DNA from: Bacilli bacterium
GTDB lineage: Bacteria > Bacillota_I > Bacilli_A > RFN20 > DUOF01
Assembly: GCA_045118975.1 (NCBI GenBank)
Contig: JBGVCT010000016.1
Coordinates: forward strand, 28,199 to 92,198
Direction: 5' to 3'
Length of the DNA: 64,000 bases
The notes below the pieces were generated by a model. It made no database searches. It saw only the letters and a program-made list of their open reading frames with translations, and was not told where the DNA came from. Within the stretch, counting starts at the first letter, position 1, and every line of letters starts with the position of its first letter. The translations under genes were made by a program, and so were the position numbers. Below, one piece after another: positions 62,394-64,000 of the stretch.

Positions 62394-62912
62394 ATGGAGG
62401 AATTAGAATTAATCTTTCCTGATGAAAATTATCAAAGTGAAGTTGAATTGTTTAAACAAGTGCTTATAGATAATGGTTCTAGAATGGATGGGTGTGGATC
62501 TCTTAGAGTAGATGATTTTGCTACTTGGTTAAGTAAAAGTAGGGATTATAAAGAGGGTAAAAATATGCCTCCATTTATGAAACCATATATTCAATATATT
62601 TGTGTTAGAAAAGCTGATAATAAAGTGGTTGGAATGTTTCAAATAAGATATAAGGAAATTAGTCAAGTATTTGGAAACATTGGATATTGTGTTGCCTTTG
62701 ATGAAAGAAGAAAAGGTTATGGAAAAAAGATGTTAGCTTTAGGAATAATAAAGTGTAAAGAGTTAGGATTAGATAAGGTAATGGTTAATTGCCTAGTTGA
62801 TAATGTGGCATCTAGAAAGTGTATACTTGCTAATAATGGTGTCTTTCTTGATAAAATGTATGTTGAAGAAAAAAATTATGATATAGAAAGATATATAATA
62901 AATATAGACTAG
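62394..62912 (+). CDS. GNAT family acetyltransferase
   Basis: GNIGYCV..ERRKGYG and DNVASRKCI motifs. Confidence 0.88.
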   Translation: MEELELIFPDENYQSEVELFKQVLIDNGSRMDGCGSLRVDDFATWLSKSRDYKEGKNMPPFMKPYIQYICVRKADNKVVGMFQIRYKEISQVFGNIGYCVAFDERRKGYGKKMLALGIIKCKELGLDKVMVNCLVDNVASRKCILANNGVFLDKMYVEEKNYDIERYIINID

Positions 62913-62922
62913 GAGGGAAATA

Positions 62923-63453
62923 ATGTCATATATAATTTCACAAGTTTTTGTAATTATAAGTTATGCTCTTCTTGCTTTAACTTATTTGGCTAAAGATAGA
63001 AAAAAGATTTTGACAATGAGTTTTTTAGCTGTTTTAGCTAATGCAATTGCTTTTATTTTACTAGGTGCTTGGAGTGGCTTTGTTATGTCACTTGTGGCAA
63101 TGGGTAGAAATATTGTTTTCTTAATTAGAGGAAATGATAAAAAGATAAACTATGTAGACTATATTATATTGGGAATACTATATTTAATTATTGCTGTATC
63201 TTCTTATTTTACATATGTAGGACTATTTAGCTTATTCTCCGTGTTTGGAACAATGATATATACTTATTCAGCATGGCAAAAGAATCCAAAAGTGTATAAA
63301 CTTTTAGGTATTCCATCTAGTGTTTGTTGGATAATCTATAACATTTATGTGTCTTCAGTATTTGGGGCAATTTTAGAGAGTATTTTATTAATCTTTGAGG
63401 TAGTTGGAACAATAAAGGCATTAAAAGAGAAACCAAAATTACAAGAAAAATAA
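62923..63453 (+). CDS. YgjV-family inner membrane protein
   Basis: Multi-TM; LLGAWSG and WIIYNIYV motifs. Confidence 0.75.
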   Translation: MSYIISQVFVIISYALLALTYLAKDRKKILTMSFLAVLANAIAFILLGAWSGFVMSLVAMGRNIVFLIRGNDKKINYVDYIILGILYLIIAVSSYFTYVGLFSLFSVFGTMIYTYSAWQKNPKVYKLLGIPSSVCWIIYNIYVSSVFGAILESILLIFEVVGTIKALKEKPKLQEK

Positions 63454-63473
63454 AAAAATTAATACTATGTATT

Positions 63474-63514
63474 AGGGTGGACAAACATTAAAAAGTGTTT
63501 GACACCCTTTTTTT
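63474..63514 (+). terminator. Intrinsic terminator overlapping the -35 box of the T-box promoter
   Basis: AGGGTG-ACAAACA/TGTTTG-CACCCT hairpin plus T-run; TTGACA at 63499. Confidence 0.6.
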
Positions 63515-63532
63515 ACCATGTTAAAGTAAAAG

Positions 63533-63815
63533 TGCGTAGATGAGGACAAGTACCTTAATAAACTTGTACTAGTGAGTCAGGTATAGTGGAAACTGATTAC
63601 AAGAGTTTTGGGAAAGAACACCTCGGAGCTAACTAAGGAAAAGAGAAATCTTAGTAGACTAGTTCGGAAGCAAACCGTTATCACATTGCTATGCTTGATA
63701 GAGCAAAAAGGGATTACTAAAGAAAGAAAAACACATAGATGTTTAGTAATAATTAAGGTGGCACCGCGGATACCCGTATTCGTCCTTATTGTAGGGATGA
63801 TTACGGGTATTTTTA
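63533..63815 (+). promoter_or_regulatory. T-box riboswitch, predicted Asn-specific
   Basis: Stem I with AGTA/GAA elements and specifier AAC (63617-63619); T-box AATTAAGGTGGCACCGCG (63751-63768); terminator ATACCCGTA/TACGGGTAT plus T-run. Confidence 0.9.
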
Positions 63816-63841
63816 TTACTAGAGAAAGCGGGGTATTTAAA

Positions 63842-64000
63842 ATGAAACTAGTAGAATTAAGTAAAGTAGTTGAAATGTATGAAAAGAAGGTGAAGAGCAA
63901 GGACCCATATTTTGGTTATTATTTTCTAGAAGAAAGTCTAGATATAAAACTACAAAGAGTAAGAGCGTTAAAAGAGGCGCTTGGGGATATTAAAATAAGA
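63842..64000 (+). CDS. 5' part of a T-box-controlled gene (possibly asparagine--tRNA ligase or an Asn-related gene)
   Basis: ATG after the T-box terminator; open to the window end (MKLVELSKVVEMY...). Product inferred only from the riboswitch. Confidence 0.45.
   Translation, partial: MKLVELSKVVEMYEKKVKSKDPYFGYYFLEESLDIKLQRVRALKEALGDIKIR

Noticed and set aside
39475-63453. Integron-like cassette array
   Set aside because: The gene content is cassette-like, but no recurring attC-like repeat or integron integrase was found by eye.
63577-63900. 107-aa minus-strand ORF
   Set aside because: It is antisense to the T-box leader and the downstream gene.

Overview
Very AT-rich chromosome segment from a reduced-genome, Bacilli-like Firmicute. 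It uses genetic code 11 (TGA is a stop, Trp is TGG), has SigA-type promoters and a T-box, and retains sporulation-family genes; an RF39/Erysipelotrichales-like gut lineage is an inference. 1-2.4 kb: a 5'-truncated large protein with two RxxxxH HEPN motifs, followed by a degenerate MNT-like gene and a HEPN-like gene lacking the catalytic motif. 2.4-21.3 kb: core Bacilli synteny (yqfC/yqfD, ybeY, cdd, era, recO, glyQS, dnaG, rpoD, trmK, DEAD helicase, nfo, rpmG, ytfJ, ackA, nrnA). 21.4-21.9 kb: five tRNAs (Ile, Asn, Glu, Thr, Leu). 21.85-35.17 kb: a ~13.3 kb element integrated at tRNA-Leu(TAG), bounded by a 17-bp direct repeat. It carries a tyrosine integrase, an XRE repressor, a replication-initiator-like gene, an unusual three-gene operon (membrane-anchored Tudor-like-repeat protein, ParB-like protein, PLD-SNF2 helicase) and a Sau3AI-type restriction-modification pair. 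35.3-39.4 kb: further defence-like genes (nuclease-helicase, ApeA-like HEPN, PemK-like protein with an adjacent small RNA). 39.5-63.5 kb: accessory genes, including a five-gene Ycf46-type AAA/DUF2997/radical-SAM operon and a coaC-coaB-aldolase-methyltransferase-aminotransferase operon divergent from a LysR gene. The window ends with an Asn-specific T-box leader. No CRISPR array or rRNA was seen. All family calls come from motif recognition by eye; no database searches were run.
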